Shown: positions 42,660-53,107 of the stretch, one piece after another | Position numbering within the stretch: the stretch's first letter is position 1 | Layout: each line of letters starts with the position of its first letter | DNA from: a virus | Taxonomy: Duplodnaviria > Caudoviricetes | DNA length: 64,000 nucleotides | Virus record (IMG/VR): IMGVR_UViG_3300025018_000091 | Strand: one strand, 5' to 3' | The notes under the pieces: generated by a model | What the model was told of the DNA's origin: nothing | The model's database searches: none | Seen by the model: only the letters and a program-made list of their open reading frames with translations | Program-made: the position numbers and the translations under genes

Positions 42660-43811
42660 TTGGAAATAATTATGAATTTAATTGGTAAAAAATTTAATAA
42701 ATTAACAGTAATATCTAAGGCTGATAGTATTTTAGGCGGACAAAAAATAAAAAGATATTGGGGTGCATGGAATTGTCAATGTGATTGTGGAAATGTAATT
42801 ATTGTAAAAACTATTGATTTAAATAGAGGTAGTGTTAAGTCTTGTGGATGTTTGTATAAATTACACGGCAAATCATATAAACCAGGACAAAAATTTAATA
42901 GGTTAACATTAATATCATATAAAAAAGGTAAATGGTTATGTTTGTGTGATTGTGGTAATCATATTGAAGTATTAACTGAAAATATAAAAAGAAATACCAA
43001 ATCTTGTGGATGTTTAAAATCAGAAATATCATCAAATAATTCTATAAAATTAATATCTGGAAGGCGTAAATTTGAACCAAAAATTGCATCTGCTAGAAGA
43101 ATTTGGAAAAATTATTGTTATAAAGATAAATTATGTAATATTACATTTGAACAATTTCTAGTAATATCTAAAGAAAATTGTATTTACTGTGGCACTTCTC
43201 CAAATACTCAATATAATTATTTCAATACTTTATCAAGCAATAGTTCACAAAAATCAAAAAATGAAGGATTATTTATTTATAACGGATTAGATCGTATTGA
43301 TAATACAAAACCACATACACTAAATAATAGTGTTCCATGCTGCCAAATATGTAATAGAGCCAAAAATAATAGGTCTGTCATTGATTTTTTATCATGGGTT
43401 AACTTATTAAAAATTAATTCATTTGAACAACTAAAAATAATTCCAATTCAGCTACCCAAAATATCTCTATCTATAAAATGTATTTATAACTCTGGATATA
43501 ATGATGGAGATTTAAAAATAGAAGAATTCTATTTTTTATCTCAACAACAATGTTATTACTGTGGTTCCTATCCACAAAATATCTTTAATAAAGCAAAAAA
43601 TGATAAAAAATCATCTCAATATGCAAAAGATAATGGTAATTTTATTTATAATGGGCTAGATCGTATTGATAATACAAAGCCACATAATAAAAATAATGTT
43701 GTACCTTGCTGTAAATACTGTAATTTTACAAAAAGCAAACTCATATTAATAGAATTTCAAATTTGGATTAATAAAATTCAGCAATATCAAAAAGAAAAGC
43801 ACGGCTATTAA
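42660..43811 (+). mobile_element. Endonuclease with two tandem HNH-type domains
   Basis: Two N-terminal W.C.CDCGN modules and two copies of C.YCG...NGLDRIDNTKPH...N.VPCC..CN..K. Opposite strand to its neighbours. Confidence 0.85.
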
Positions 43812-43824
43812 GCCGTGCTTTTTA
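43795..43824. terminator. Bidirectional terminator between convergent genes
   Basis: AAAAGCACGGCT ATTA AGCCGTGCTTTTT. Confidence 0.88.
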
Positions 43825-43853
43825 GATTATTCAATCAAAGATTATTCAATCAA
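43824..43853. repeat. Perfect 15-nt tandem duplication
   Basis: AGATTATTCAATCAA twice. Confidence 0.9.
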
Positions 43854-44519
43854 TTAGAACTGTGGATTGAAGTGGAATACTGCCCATGCATAAGTTCTAG
43901 TACCAAGAGCCGAAGCTAAGTAATTTGGAGTATTTACCAAAGAACCATTGGTTTCGAAGCTTACAAAGTGACCGACTACGATTGTGTTACCACCAGCAGC
44001 AGTACTTCCAACTGGAGTTAACTTTCCACCTACGGTTGCGGATGCTGGTACCCAAGTTAATGAAGTTCCAGTATCAAGAGCTGCATTTCCAGGGACTAAG
44101 CCGTCTGCTGCTTGGTCACAAGCTGCATCTAAGGTTACTGCATAAAGTCCTGGCTTATCCCAAAGAGTGACTTTGCCAGATCCAGTAGCGGTGTGAGGAC
44201 CTAAGACTGCGCCACCAGTTGCTACTTGACCAACTGTTCCACCGACTACAGATCCAAATAGAGTTCCATATCCAGTGATACCATCATCAGCTAACATCAA
44301 TGGACGAGCAGAGGTTGCTACGTTACGAGTAACAACAACTCTCTTTAAAGAATTAACATATCCATCAAATACATCATAAGCAGCTTTATCAGTTGCAGAA
44401 GTTGCGACAACAGATGCAAAAGTAACGACTTCGCCGCCCATAAGGGTTAATACTTCTGTATCAAGTCCATCGAACTGACCTAATGGTTGAACACCCGGTT
44501 GTAAAAGTTTTAGAGCCAT
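43854..44519 (-). CDS. Probable capsid decoration/cement protein
   Basis: 221 aa, Gly/Ala/Thr/Val-rich; the last head gene before the MCP apart from the inserted endonuclease; GSGKVTLW motif. Confidence 0.6.
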   Translation of the reverse strand: MALKLLQPGVQPLGQFDGLDTEVLTLMGGEVVTFASVVATSATDKAAYDVFDGYVNSLKRVVVTRNVATSARPLMLADDGITGYGTLFGSVVGGTVGQVATGGAVLGPHTATGSGKVTLWDKPGLYAVTLDAACDQAADGLVPGNAALDTGTSLTWVPASATVGGKLTPVGSTAAGGNTIVVGHFVSFETNGSLVNTPNYLASALGTRTYAWAVFHFNPQF

Positions 44520-44726
44520 TTTGTTTTCCTATAATCTCTAATGCTGTTAAAAACAGCATCGTTACTTACACCTTAAACTTACTAAATATAACATATATTT
44601 TTTTATGCCCATATAACAAACGATTATTTAATTAATGTACTGGATTAAAGTGAAAAACCATATATTCATAAGTTTTTATGCTTGATAATGAAGATAACGT
44701 ATATTTTTATGCCTATGGATATACTG

Positions 44727-46016
44727 TTATAGTGCGAATTTTAGTCCACTAAGCTCTTCTTCTAATTTACTAGCCATTTCTTCTGTAGATTTTCGTACAG
44801 ATTCTGGTGTTTTTTCTGGCATTGGACCTGCGCCTTCAGGAACTGTAGAAGGTTCATTTATAATAGTATTATTCTCTGTAGCAGCCTTATCAATTTGTCT
44901 TTTTGCATTTGCTTCAATACTTTTAGCACGATATAATATAATAAGTATATATTGAAGTGATGCTTTATATGGAGGAAATGCTCTTACTATATCTTCAAAA
45001 TCATTAGCAATTAATCCTTTACCACCCTCTAATATTTGTGTCTTATCAACAAATTTGTTCAAATACCCCTTATCTTCTATTTGTTCTGCTTGATAAGTTT
45101 GTGAACTTAAATTTTCTGTAGCTTGATTTATTAATGTAGCATTTTCATCAACTACCGTTTTAAATAGCTCATAAGACCTTATTACAATTGAACTTTCAGG
45201 CGATTTAGCTAATTGCAATAATTCACTAGCCGTTCTAGTTCTTTGTAATGTATTGATAACTGGTACAATTTTTTCATAAGTATCATAAATGTCCATTACA
45301 TGTTTTCTAAGCTTTCGCATTTCTTCCAAAAAATTACTACTATAAGTTGTACCAGTAAATAATCCAGCCGAATCATTTAAAATATCATCAATTTCAGCAA
45401 TTAATTTCTTATTGTTTCCTCTAAAACCTTCATTAATAAATGGAAGTTTCTGCTGTATATAAAGTGCTCCTAAAGTTGCAGCAATAGTTCCAGCTACTAA
45501 CAAAAAGGGAAACGCAGCAGTAGAAATCAACTCAGCTTTTTTTTTTAAGCTGGCTGTTTGTTCTAAACAAACATCAGCAAGAATACGTAATTCTTCTTTG
45601 TTTTGATTATCTAAATCATTACCTAATCTAACTAACGACAATAATAATTGCTGCTCAGCATATTTTCTTTGTGTTACATGACCATCAGGCATCTTCTGAA
45701 CAATATTCATTAAAATATCTTGTCTTTCATTTAAATTCTCAACAAGACCATTTAATTTATCATATGATGGTGAAACGACTACTGCATTTGGATGAGCATC
45801 TTCAATAATATTTCTCTTATACTCCATATCTTTAGGAGTATCTGGTTTAATACCATATAGTGCTTCAATTGCAGAAATATCTAAAGAATCAATCCTTGGA
45901 TCATCCTCTAACTTCCTTCTGATTTCATCGGGATCAGCCTTTGAAATTAAGCCCCTCTCTTGGGCAATTTTAGCAAATTCTTCAAAAATGTCGCTATGTC
46001 TCATTATTTGGCTCAC
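44727..46016 (-). CDS. Probable internal head protein
   Basis: 429 aa, helical; KIA/KYA/KKA motifs; DAHP domain shared with ORFs at 50180 and 55534. Confidence 0.5.
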   Translation of the reverse strand: MSQIMRHSDIFEEFAKIAQERGLISKADPDEIRRKLEDDPRIDSLDISAIEALYGIKPDTPKDMEYKRNIIEDAHPNAVVVSPSYDKLNGLVENLNERQDILMNIVQKMPDGHVTQRKYAEQQLLLSLVRLGNDLDNQNKEELRILADVCLEQTASLKKKAELISTAAFPFLLVAGTIAATLGALYIQQKLPFINEGFRGNNKKLIAEIDDILNDSAGLFTGTTYSSNFLEEMRKLRKHVMDIYDTYEKIVPVINTLQRTRTASELLQLAKSPESSIVIRSYELFKTVVDENATLINQATENLSSQTYQAEQIEDKGYLNKFVDKTQILEGGKGLIANDFEDIVRAFPPYKASLQYILIILYRAKSIEANAKRQIDKAATENNTIINEPSTVPEGAGPMPEKTPESVRKSTEEMASKLEEELSGLKFAL

Positions 46017-46056
46017 AGTGGGGGTAATTTATTTATATGCTTTCATATGCCGTTGA

Positions 46057-47154
46057 TTATGGTACTTTTTTTGCAAGATCATCAATGAACATATCTACAA
46101 TTTGTTTTTTGCTGACGAAGTTGTTGGGTAAATAGACAGTATTTGAACCTTCAGCAGTCTTATTAATATCAGTAATTGTAAACACAATTTCTTGAAATGT
46201 AGGTAAATTTTTCATTAATGATTCTAATCCATCTAAACCGCTATAAACTTGTTTAGCAAATTTAACTAACATATCACTAATACCATTAATATTATTTGTG
46301 GCAGCTTCTGTCCAAATAGAATCTCCAGTATGTCTAATATCTTGATAACCAGAATTTAATTTAAATTTTGTTTGTGTAGAAACATATGCTGAAACTGGTG
46401 CTGTTGGAGTTTTACTTGAAAAGAATCCGCCACCACTATCACCTTTACCTTTACCTGGATTAACGAATTCATTAATTGTTTCTCCAGCTATAATAAAACC
46501 AACAGATGATAATGCAATCTTAAATATTATTCCTAAAAACTTAATAAGAACAGAAAGTACTTTTCCTTGTAATAATTTAAATGTTAAACCACCTAACCAA
46601 GCTCTTTTATCTAATGTTCCTTCTTGAAATTCAATTATAGCTAACTTAACAATTCTAGCATCTCTCATCTGTTTTCTAACATCATAAGAAGCGCTCTTAT
46701 TTTTCTCTAACTTATCAAGGACTGCTTTTTCATCTGCATCAGTTACTGGTGTATAATTTGCACTAACAGCATTACTAACTGCAGAATCAACTTGTTGTGA
46801 AGTGGTCTGTTTTCCGCCAGTAATTATTCCTTTAATAGTCTCATAAATAGACATTAACATTCCACCAACATTAACTTTAAATACTTGTTGTGCTAAAGCT
46901 AATAATGCACCAATCCAGGGTGCTCCCAATGCAGAAAATAATATGCTTATTGCGCCAGGAGCAATTAAATTAAGTATACTTGCTTCTTTATTATTAGGAT
47001 CTATTTTTGATACGAAATAATCTTTAATTTTCCCCATTAAAGATATAATTGTATCACCAACTCCCGCCTCTTTAATAATTGAGGGATTGTCTAATAATGA
47101 CTCAACAACCATCATATCAACATAAAGTTTTATTTCGCTATTATCTATAGTCAT
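46057..47154 (-). CDS. Probable internal head/ejected protein with hydrophobic helices
   Basis: 365 aa; KEA/KSA/KRA motifs; hydrophobic segments (GAISILFSALGAPWIGALLALA; VLIKFLGIIFKIALSSVGFIIAG). Confidence 0.5.
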   Translation of the reverse strand: MTIDNSEIKLYVDMMVVESLLDNPSIIKEAGVGDTIISLMGKIKDYFVSKIDPNNKEASILNLIAPGAISILFSALGAPWIGALLALAQQVFKVNVGGMLMSIYETIKGIITGGKQTTSQQVDSAVSNAVSANYTPVTDADEKAVLDKLEKNKSASYDVRKQMRDARIVKLAIIEFQEGTLDKRAWLGGLTFKLLQGKVLSVLIKFLGIIFKIALSSVGFIIAGETINEFVNPGKGKGDSGGGFFSSKTPTAPVSAYVSTQTKFKLNSGYQDIRHTGDSIWTEAATNNINGISDMLVKFAKQVYSGLDGLESLMKNLPTFQEIVFTITDINKTAEGSNTVYLPNNFVSKKQIVDMFIDDLAKKVP

Positions 47155-47163
47155 TATAACCTT

Positions 47164-48780
47164 TTATCTTCTACTACTAAGTTTTTGCTCGGTAGCAAAC
47201 TGCCAACGTCCTACAGATGCAGCATTATCTCTGGTAAATTGTTGTAATTGCTGATTAACTAATGTCTTAAACTTTGGATTCGTATCAATTATATATCCAT
47301 AAGTACCATATAAAGCGCCTATAACATTTGATGTTGTAGAAACTAATTGTCTTAAGTTATCACAGAAAACCATCATTCCACTCCAACCATTTTTCAACAT
47401 TTGTGAAGTTAGTTGTGCATTCTGAGTTAAATTAATATATGGATAAGTATTATTCATTATTTGGTGTTGAAGAATATCTATAATCTTAAGAGCATCGGCA
47501 GCTGCACGTATACCCATACTTCCGCCACCACCAGCAACACTTGTATCAAAATTAGCATACATCTTTATAAACTGTTGTATCTTAGTAAAGTTTATTGCAT
47601 TTGGTTCAAGTGGTAATGAAGTTAATAAACTAGTCAATGCATTTCTTTGTGCAACACTCATTCCTCCTGCACCACCAGCCCCAGCACCAGCACCAGTATC
47701 TCCAGTAGCTCCAGTAGCTCCAGTTGCTCCGGTTGCTCCAGTTCCAGTTACGCCAGTTAATGAACAATTAGCTTGCGTTCTAGAATCTCTTAATTGAGGA
47801 CCAAATTCTTTAATTGCTTGCAAATAACGAACTGCCATTTTTTCATATTCAGGTTGCCTTTCTACATGGGCAGAAGCAACACTACTTAACATCATGGCTC
47901 TATTATACAAAATACGAACTGCTAAACAAGGATCCCCCTCATTTGGATCCATAACATCATAAGCTTTTGTTTCATTTGGCTTTTTTATTTGCATTCCATA
48001 TAGCCATCTTATAAGTGCTCCAAGATTTTCTAAATTACCCATAGTAAGTTTAACTGGAGTATCTCTAAAATCTGGCACAGAAGATAATCCTCTGGTATCT
48101 CTACCATTAGCATCAGGAATTAATACACTATCTGGGAATGCATCTACTACCAAATTAGGATCTATATCCGGTGTTTTGCCTTCAGGAGCCACCTTAACTT
48201 CTTGCTTTTCACCTTGTGGTAAGCTTCTATTTAATTCACCTATAAGATTTTTTACTACAATTTCAAAAGGCTTAGAGTCTTTAGAATTTGGAACTGCAAC
48301 ATCTCTAAGATAACTTAAATAACCAATAAGTGCATCTTTATCTGCATAAGCCAACTTCTTTAATGGTTGTCCTTTAGCATCTCTTTTATTTAAATCAGCA
48401 TCTAAACTTTCAAACGTCCAAGCATCTTGAGGTCTATTAGTGTCAGTGCTTAACCAAGCAATTCTTTTACCATTCCATTTTACTTGACTTCTTGCTGCCC
48501 ACTCTAAAAAGTGACCTAGAGTACGACCATCAGCCATTGTAAAATTCGCTGGAGCACCAGATTCAGTGCTTATAGGAACTACCTTGGGTGGTGCTTTAGG
48601 ATCTTTTAGATTCCTTTGCATATTTGTTCCAAGAGCTTTTGCCAACTCAAATACTCTTACTTGATGATCATAAGCTGGATTAGAAGCCACTGGAGTATCA
48701 GGTGCGGCAAATTTTTGGTTAAAATCAACGCCAGCATTGATTAACGAATTAATTAGTTCTGTGTTATCAAAAATAGACAT
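47164..48780 (-). CDS. Probable internal head protein
   Basis: 538 aa; KFA near the N-terminus; short GAT/GA repeat linker at about 47665-47760. Confidence 0.5.
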   Translation of the reverse strand: MSIFDNTELINSLINAGVDFNQKFAAPDTPVASNPAYDHQVRVFELAKALGTNMQRNLKDPKAPPKVVPISTESGAPANFTMADGRTLGHFLEWAARSQVKWNGKRIAWLSTDTNRPQDAWTFESLDADLNKRDAKGQPLKKLAYADKDALIGYLSYLRDVAVPNSKDSKPFEIVVKNLIGELNRSLPQGEKQEVKVAPEGKTPDIDPNLVVDAFPDSVLIPDANGRDTRGLSSVPDFRDTPVKLTMGNLENLGALIRWLYGMQIKKPNETKAYDVMDPNEGDPCLAVRILYNRAMMLSSVASAHVERQPEYEKMAVRYLQAIKEFGPQLRDSRTQANCSLTGVTGTGATGATGATGATGDTGAGAGAGGAGGMSVAQRNALTSLLTSLPLEPNAINFTKIQQFIKMYANFDTSVAGGGGSMGIRAAADALKIIDILQHQIMNNTYPYINLTQNAQLTSQMLKNGWSGMMVFCDNLRQLVSTTSNVIGALYGTYGYIIDTNPKFKTLVNQQLQQFTRDNAASVGRWQFATEQKLSSRR

Positions 48781-48791
48781 ATTGATCCTAC

Positions 48792-50168
48792 TTATTTGCC
48801 TGTTGGTTGTCTACGAAGTATTTTTCTACGGAACCAAGACCTATCATCTGGTTTCTGAGCCCATTCCCAGCCATCGCCAGCTGGTGGTAATTGTCCTGGT
48901 GGAACTGGAGCTAATGGTCCGCCAGATCTAAATGGATCGTTTGGTCCTTGAACAAGTTTTTGTCCACCACTCAAATTACCAGAACTCAATCTTTCATTAA
49001 TTTGTTGCATTACATGTCTAAGAAAGCGTACTTGCATATCATGACTTATTGCATTTCTTTGGTAACCGCCCCAACGACTCATCATATCAAGTAATACATA
49101 TTGTTTTGTTAGTGCTGTTAATGGAAACTGATCTATTACTTTAGGGGTTCCACTTGCATCTAAAATAGTAAGACGAGGAATATATAATTCATCGATATCC
49201 TTCATCAGATCTTCATATCCAGATGTATCACCTAAATCTTTTTCTGCTTCAGGTTTTCCTGGTGATTCATACAAAGGACTAGAGCTATCAGTAAATCTTC
49301 TGTATGCTGGGTTTTTTGTAACATTATTAGCAAAATATAGATAGAATTTTGTTAACTTAATTATTAGATTAGTTAATCCTGCTGCTTTTGCAACTTTATT
49401 TTTAGGAGGTAATTTTGTTAACTCATAATTAGTTGGTATAAGAATTTTCATTTTAGCAGCATCTGATTTAGTAAAAAGATTTCTTACAGAATCAGGAGCT
49501 TCAAAATCTTCAGATACTCTAATTATTGCATCTCCGAATGCATATAGATTTCTTAATGCATTTTGTGTTCTAGGTCCCCAAACACCATCAACGAATCTTT
49601 CATTACCCTTACCACCAATTCTAGCGATATTATCAACAACATTTTCCATTTTAATTAGTTGATCATCATATACTGGATTCTTTTGTTCTGGAGTATTTGC
49701 TTCTTCAGATGTACTCCACTCATTTCCATGTAATGGAGAACTATTTAGATAATTAAGCGTAACAAAATCATTGAAATTTGCAAAACCTTGTGAGGGTTGG
49801 TCTCCAGCACTAGGATTTTGTAATGAAATGGGCGTTTGTCTGGCTGTCTGTGAATCTCGTTTAAAATGATAATTTATTGCAGTGCTTGCAAAATTTTGAA
49901 TTGCTTTTTGCATTTCACTAACAGCTATTTTAACGTTTCCTACATCTGATGATACTGATTTTGTTCCTGGTTTCACATCTGGTTTTGTTCCTGGTTTTGC
50001 CTCTTCTGGTTTCGGTAATCTTCCCGGTGTAGATGTTCCTGCTGGTGCTGGTGCTGGTGCTGGTGCTGCTGATGCTCCTGCAGATGTTTCTGCAGGTGTT
50101 TCTGGTTTTGGCAATCTTTTTGCTGTTTTTTGTATTTCTGATACTAACTGTTTAAATCTATTGGACAT
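48792..50168 (-). CDS. Probable internal head protein with a peptidoglycan-binding-like motif
   Basis: 458 aa; KTA near the N-terminus; Pro/Ala linker; VDGVWGPRTQNAL. Confidence 0.5.
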   Translation of the reverse strand: MSNRFKQLVSEIQKTAKRLPKPETPAETSAGASAAPAPAPAPAGTSTPGRLPKPEEAKPGTKPDVKPGTKSVSSDVGNVKIAVSEMQKAIQNFASTAINYHFKRDSQTARQTPISLQNPSAGDQPSQGFANFNDFVTLNYLNSSPLHGNEWSTSEEANTPEQKNPVYDDQLIKMENVVDNIARIGGKGNERFVDGVWGPRTQNALRNLYAFGDAIIRVSEDFEAPDSVRNLFTKSDAAKMKILIPTNYELTKLPPKNKVAKAAGLTNLIIKLTKFYLYFANNVTKNPAYRRFTDSSSPLYESPGKPEAEKDLGDTSGYEDLMKDIDELYIPRLTILDASGTPKVIDQFPLTALTKQYVLLDMMSRWGGYQRNAISHDMQVRFLRHVMQQINERLSSGNLSGGQKLVQGPNDPFRSGGPLAPVPPGQLPPAGDGWEWAQKPDDRSWFRRKILRRQPTGK

Positions 50169-50179
50169 AATCAGCCACC

Positions 50180-51445
50180 TTATTTTGCATAACCGGGACT
50201 AGTTAATGTTGCATAATCATCATTATTTTCGGCAATTACTGTATTAACTTTTGCTCTAAAACTTGTTAAATTTTGTGCAGCTAATTTATCTTTAAGTTCT
50301 GTTGAAAATAATGCTGATATTTGATTTGGATGCATTATTCTTAATTCAGCACCTTGTGATTTATTAAGTTTAGCAATCACTCTATGTATATCTGAATTTT
50401 CTAAACCAATATTTTCAATCCATGTTGAAACAGCAATACGATATTTATCATTTATATTATTTAGATCTATTTGACTTACTTTTTGAGATAAGTCTTCATA
50501 GTGTAATCTTAATGGGGTTAAAGCCTCTATAATATCTCCGAATGGAATTTGTTGTTCTTGAAATATTGCTGATTGTTGTCTACCAACTCTAAATGCTTGA
50601 TTTGCTGCCCAAATAAGAGAAATTCCTCTATCTATTTGAGCTATTGCATTAAAAGCCGTTCTTTTATCTTGTTCTGCAACATTAAATGAATTAAAATTAA
50701 GTTTTACAAAAGCGTCTCTTTTAATTCTAACCTGATGAATATAGTTAAAAACTATATTCATTTTATATTGGTCTATCTTAACATCAGAATCTGCTTCTTT
50801 CTTAAAATTTGCAATATCTTTGTTTATTTGTTTAAGATCATCAATATAGTTAGATGCAATTCCTGATGGCAAAAAATTTGGTAAAACAGTTATTAAACTA
50901 TTTGCTCCAGCAGATATATTTTCATACCCTTTACTAAGATAGTCTTTTCCAAGTAATTGTTTTCTAGAATCATCAATATCTATTGGTAATTCTTCGCCTA
51001 AAGAAGTCTTAACGGCATTAATTATACTTTTAGCATTAGATAACTTACCAGTAGGCATTTTCTCAACTACTCTCATCATTGCTAAATGTTCATCTATAAT
51101 TGTTTCAATAACTGCATCACCAGCAACACCCTCTAAAAATGGGCTTCCTTTTGGATGAGCATCTTGAATTAATTTATTATCACATTCAGAAGCAGCAGCT
51201 TGTTTATATTGAATGAAGGTTAATTCTAATTCTTCAGCATATTTTTCCATACCAGAGGCTCGTAGACCGCTACATAATTTCATAAGATTTTCTGACAAAT
51301 TTTCTGTTGGTCTCAAATCTAATTTTGGTTTTCTTGAAGCTATCTTTTTTAATGGATCCTCTTTCACTAATCCCTTTTCTTTAGCTAATTTTACTAAAGA
51401 ACGCATTGTCTCAGAATCTTCAAAATTTATATGCTTAAAAGTCAT
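50180..51445 (-). CDS. Probable internal head protein
   Basis: 421 aa; KLA/KIA/KYA/KQA motifs; DAHPKG domain; GAGG SD. Confidence 0.5.
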   Translation of the reverse strand: MTFKHINFEDSETMRSLVKLAKEKGLVKEDPLKKIASRKPKLDLRPTENLSENLMKLCSGLRASGMEKYAEELELTFIQYKQAAASECDNKLIQDAHPKGSPFLEGVAGDAVIETIIDEHLAMMRVVEKMPTGKLSNAKSIINAVKTSLGEELPIDIDDSRKQLLGKDYLSKGYENISAGANSLITVLPNFLPSGIASNYIDDLKQINKDIANFKKEADSDVKIDQYKMNIVFNYIHQVRIKRDAFVKLNFNSFNVAEQDKRTAFNAIAQIDRGISLIWAANQAFRVGRQQSAIFQEQQIPFGDIIEALTPLRLHYEDLSQKVSQIDLNNINDKYRIAVSTWIENIGLENSDIHRVIAKLNKSQGAELRIMHPNQISALFSTELKDKLAAQNLTSFRAKVNTVIAENNDDYATLTSPGYAK

Positions 51446-51525
51446 GTTGCCTCGAATGGATCAATTTATTCTATAATATGCAGAATTATAGCATGCTCAT
51501 ACTAAATAAAAAGATATGCAGTAAT

Positions 51526-52308
51526 TTACTGTTTTATTGTATCAAGACGTCCATATCTTAACATACGCAGACCGTGCTTGTTACAATACCTTATACCATC
51601 AATAATCTTATATTTCGCCTTGCCACAAATATTACAACCAGGAACACTGCACTTTATATCTGTATAATCAATTCGCCTTTTCCAAGCATCAATAGCACTT
51701 ATAGATTTATTTTTCTTTGTATTCTCAGAATCTTTGTGCCCTATATGAACTTCAGACATATGCTTTCTTACTTCCTGTGTATAAATAGATTCATTATCTT
51801 TAGATTTCTGAATCATACTCATATTGGCTTTCTGTTCTGCAGTACGTTTAGTTCCTAATGCAGGATGTCCTTGTGTAGCAATTTGTTTTATTGTTGCTTC
51901 TCTTTGTTGCTGTTTGATTTTTTCTTTTTCTTCAATAGATAATGACGCATGCCAATCTCTCATCATTTTCTTAAACTTATCAGATTTAGGGGCATTCATT
52001 CCACCATAGGTAACATTATAGCCAGTATTAAACTGTATATATGTATTATACTGTTTTACTAATTCCGTTTCAAGATAGTTTGCATCATCTTGCGATTTAC
52101 AAGAAGCTATTATTTCAAATTTGAAATTATCAATTCCATATTTTAAGAAAGCAAAATGAATAGCTTGACTTGGCTTATTTTTATAAAAAGCTCTACGATG
52201 ATCGGAAAATCTTTTAGCGATATTAGTTGTTTGACCAATATATTTTTTGTCATTAACTGCATTTGTGATTATGTAAAGTGACCATATTTTCTGTATATGT
52301 TGCGCCAT
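51526..52308 (-). mobile_element. GIY-YIG endonuclease with NUMOD3-like repeats
   Basis: SLYIITN...KKYIGQT...R...H...E...N; G.K.(T/S).E.K..(M/K)S repeats; GGAGG SD. Confidence 0.9.
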
Positions 52309-52348
52309 ATTGCACCTCCAATACAGTATATATCACTTGTTCCGGAAG

Positions 52349-53038
52349 TTAAAACCAAAGGCACTCGATCATAGGGTTCATGCTTGTAGGAGGTGCCGTA
52401 ACCATCGCGACAGCAGGGTGGATACTACTTGGACGTCTAGTAGTCAAAAATCCAATCTCGCTAACATATAAATTAGCCCTGACCGGATATTGCTGGTTTG
52501 TCTCAAACTGATCTGTTTGGAAAAACATTCTATTAAACCAAACTGTCATTCTACCAGATCCTTGGGTACTATCATCACCGGGAATATTTGGAACATAATA
52601 AGTATAATTTACAATAGTTCTAATTCCATTTGGAGAACCAGTTCCGGTCAAATCAAAATTTAATGGAGTTCCTGCTAAAAATGTAATAACACCATTAACT
52701 GGATTTAATACTACATTTGTCGTAGAATTAAAACTAGATGAAAGAATATTAGGCTTTTTTAATTCGGCTTTAATATCTATTGGAGTAACTAATTGACCGC
52801 TGGGACCTACAACTCCAGTAGCGGGAACAATTACCACTTCGTTCCAAGAAACATTTGTAAATGCTTTTGTTTTAATATCATCAATTAACCCAATTGGAGC
52901 AGTACCATTACTAACAGTTGCCATTACTTGATTACCAATAACGGTTAATTCAGCAATCTGACCGGGTTGAAATTCTGCTGACGGGTCACATATAAAATAA
53001 GATGGAAGCGTATTTCCAACCTGAACAAGTCTTAACAT
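52349..53038 (-). CDS. Decoration-protein paralog
   Basis: MLRLVQVG and TQGSGRMTVW resemble MALKLLQPG and ATGSGKVTLW of ORF 43854. Confidence 0.5.
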   Translation of the reverse strand: MLRLVQVGNTLPSYFICDPSAEFQPGQIAELTVIGNQVMATVSNGTAPIGLIDDIKTKAFTNVSWNEVVIVPATGVVGPSGQLVTPIDIKAELKKPNILSSSFNSTTNVVLNPVNGVITFLAGTPLNFDLTGTGSPNGIRTIVNYTYYVPNIPGDDSTQGSGRMTVWFNRMFFQTDQFETNQQYPVRANLYVSEIGFLTTRRPSSIHPAVAMVTAPPTSMNPMIECLWF

Positions 53039-53107
53039 TGCATATCCTCTCTAAACTCCACATACTTTCATATAACCTAAATATGAAAGAATGAATAGAA
53101 AATATGC

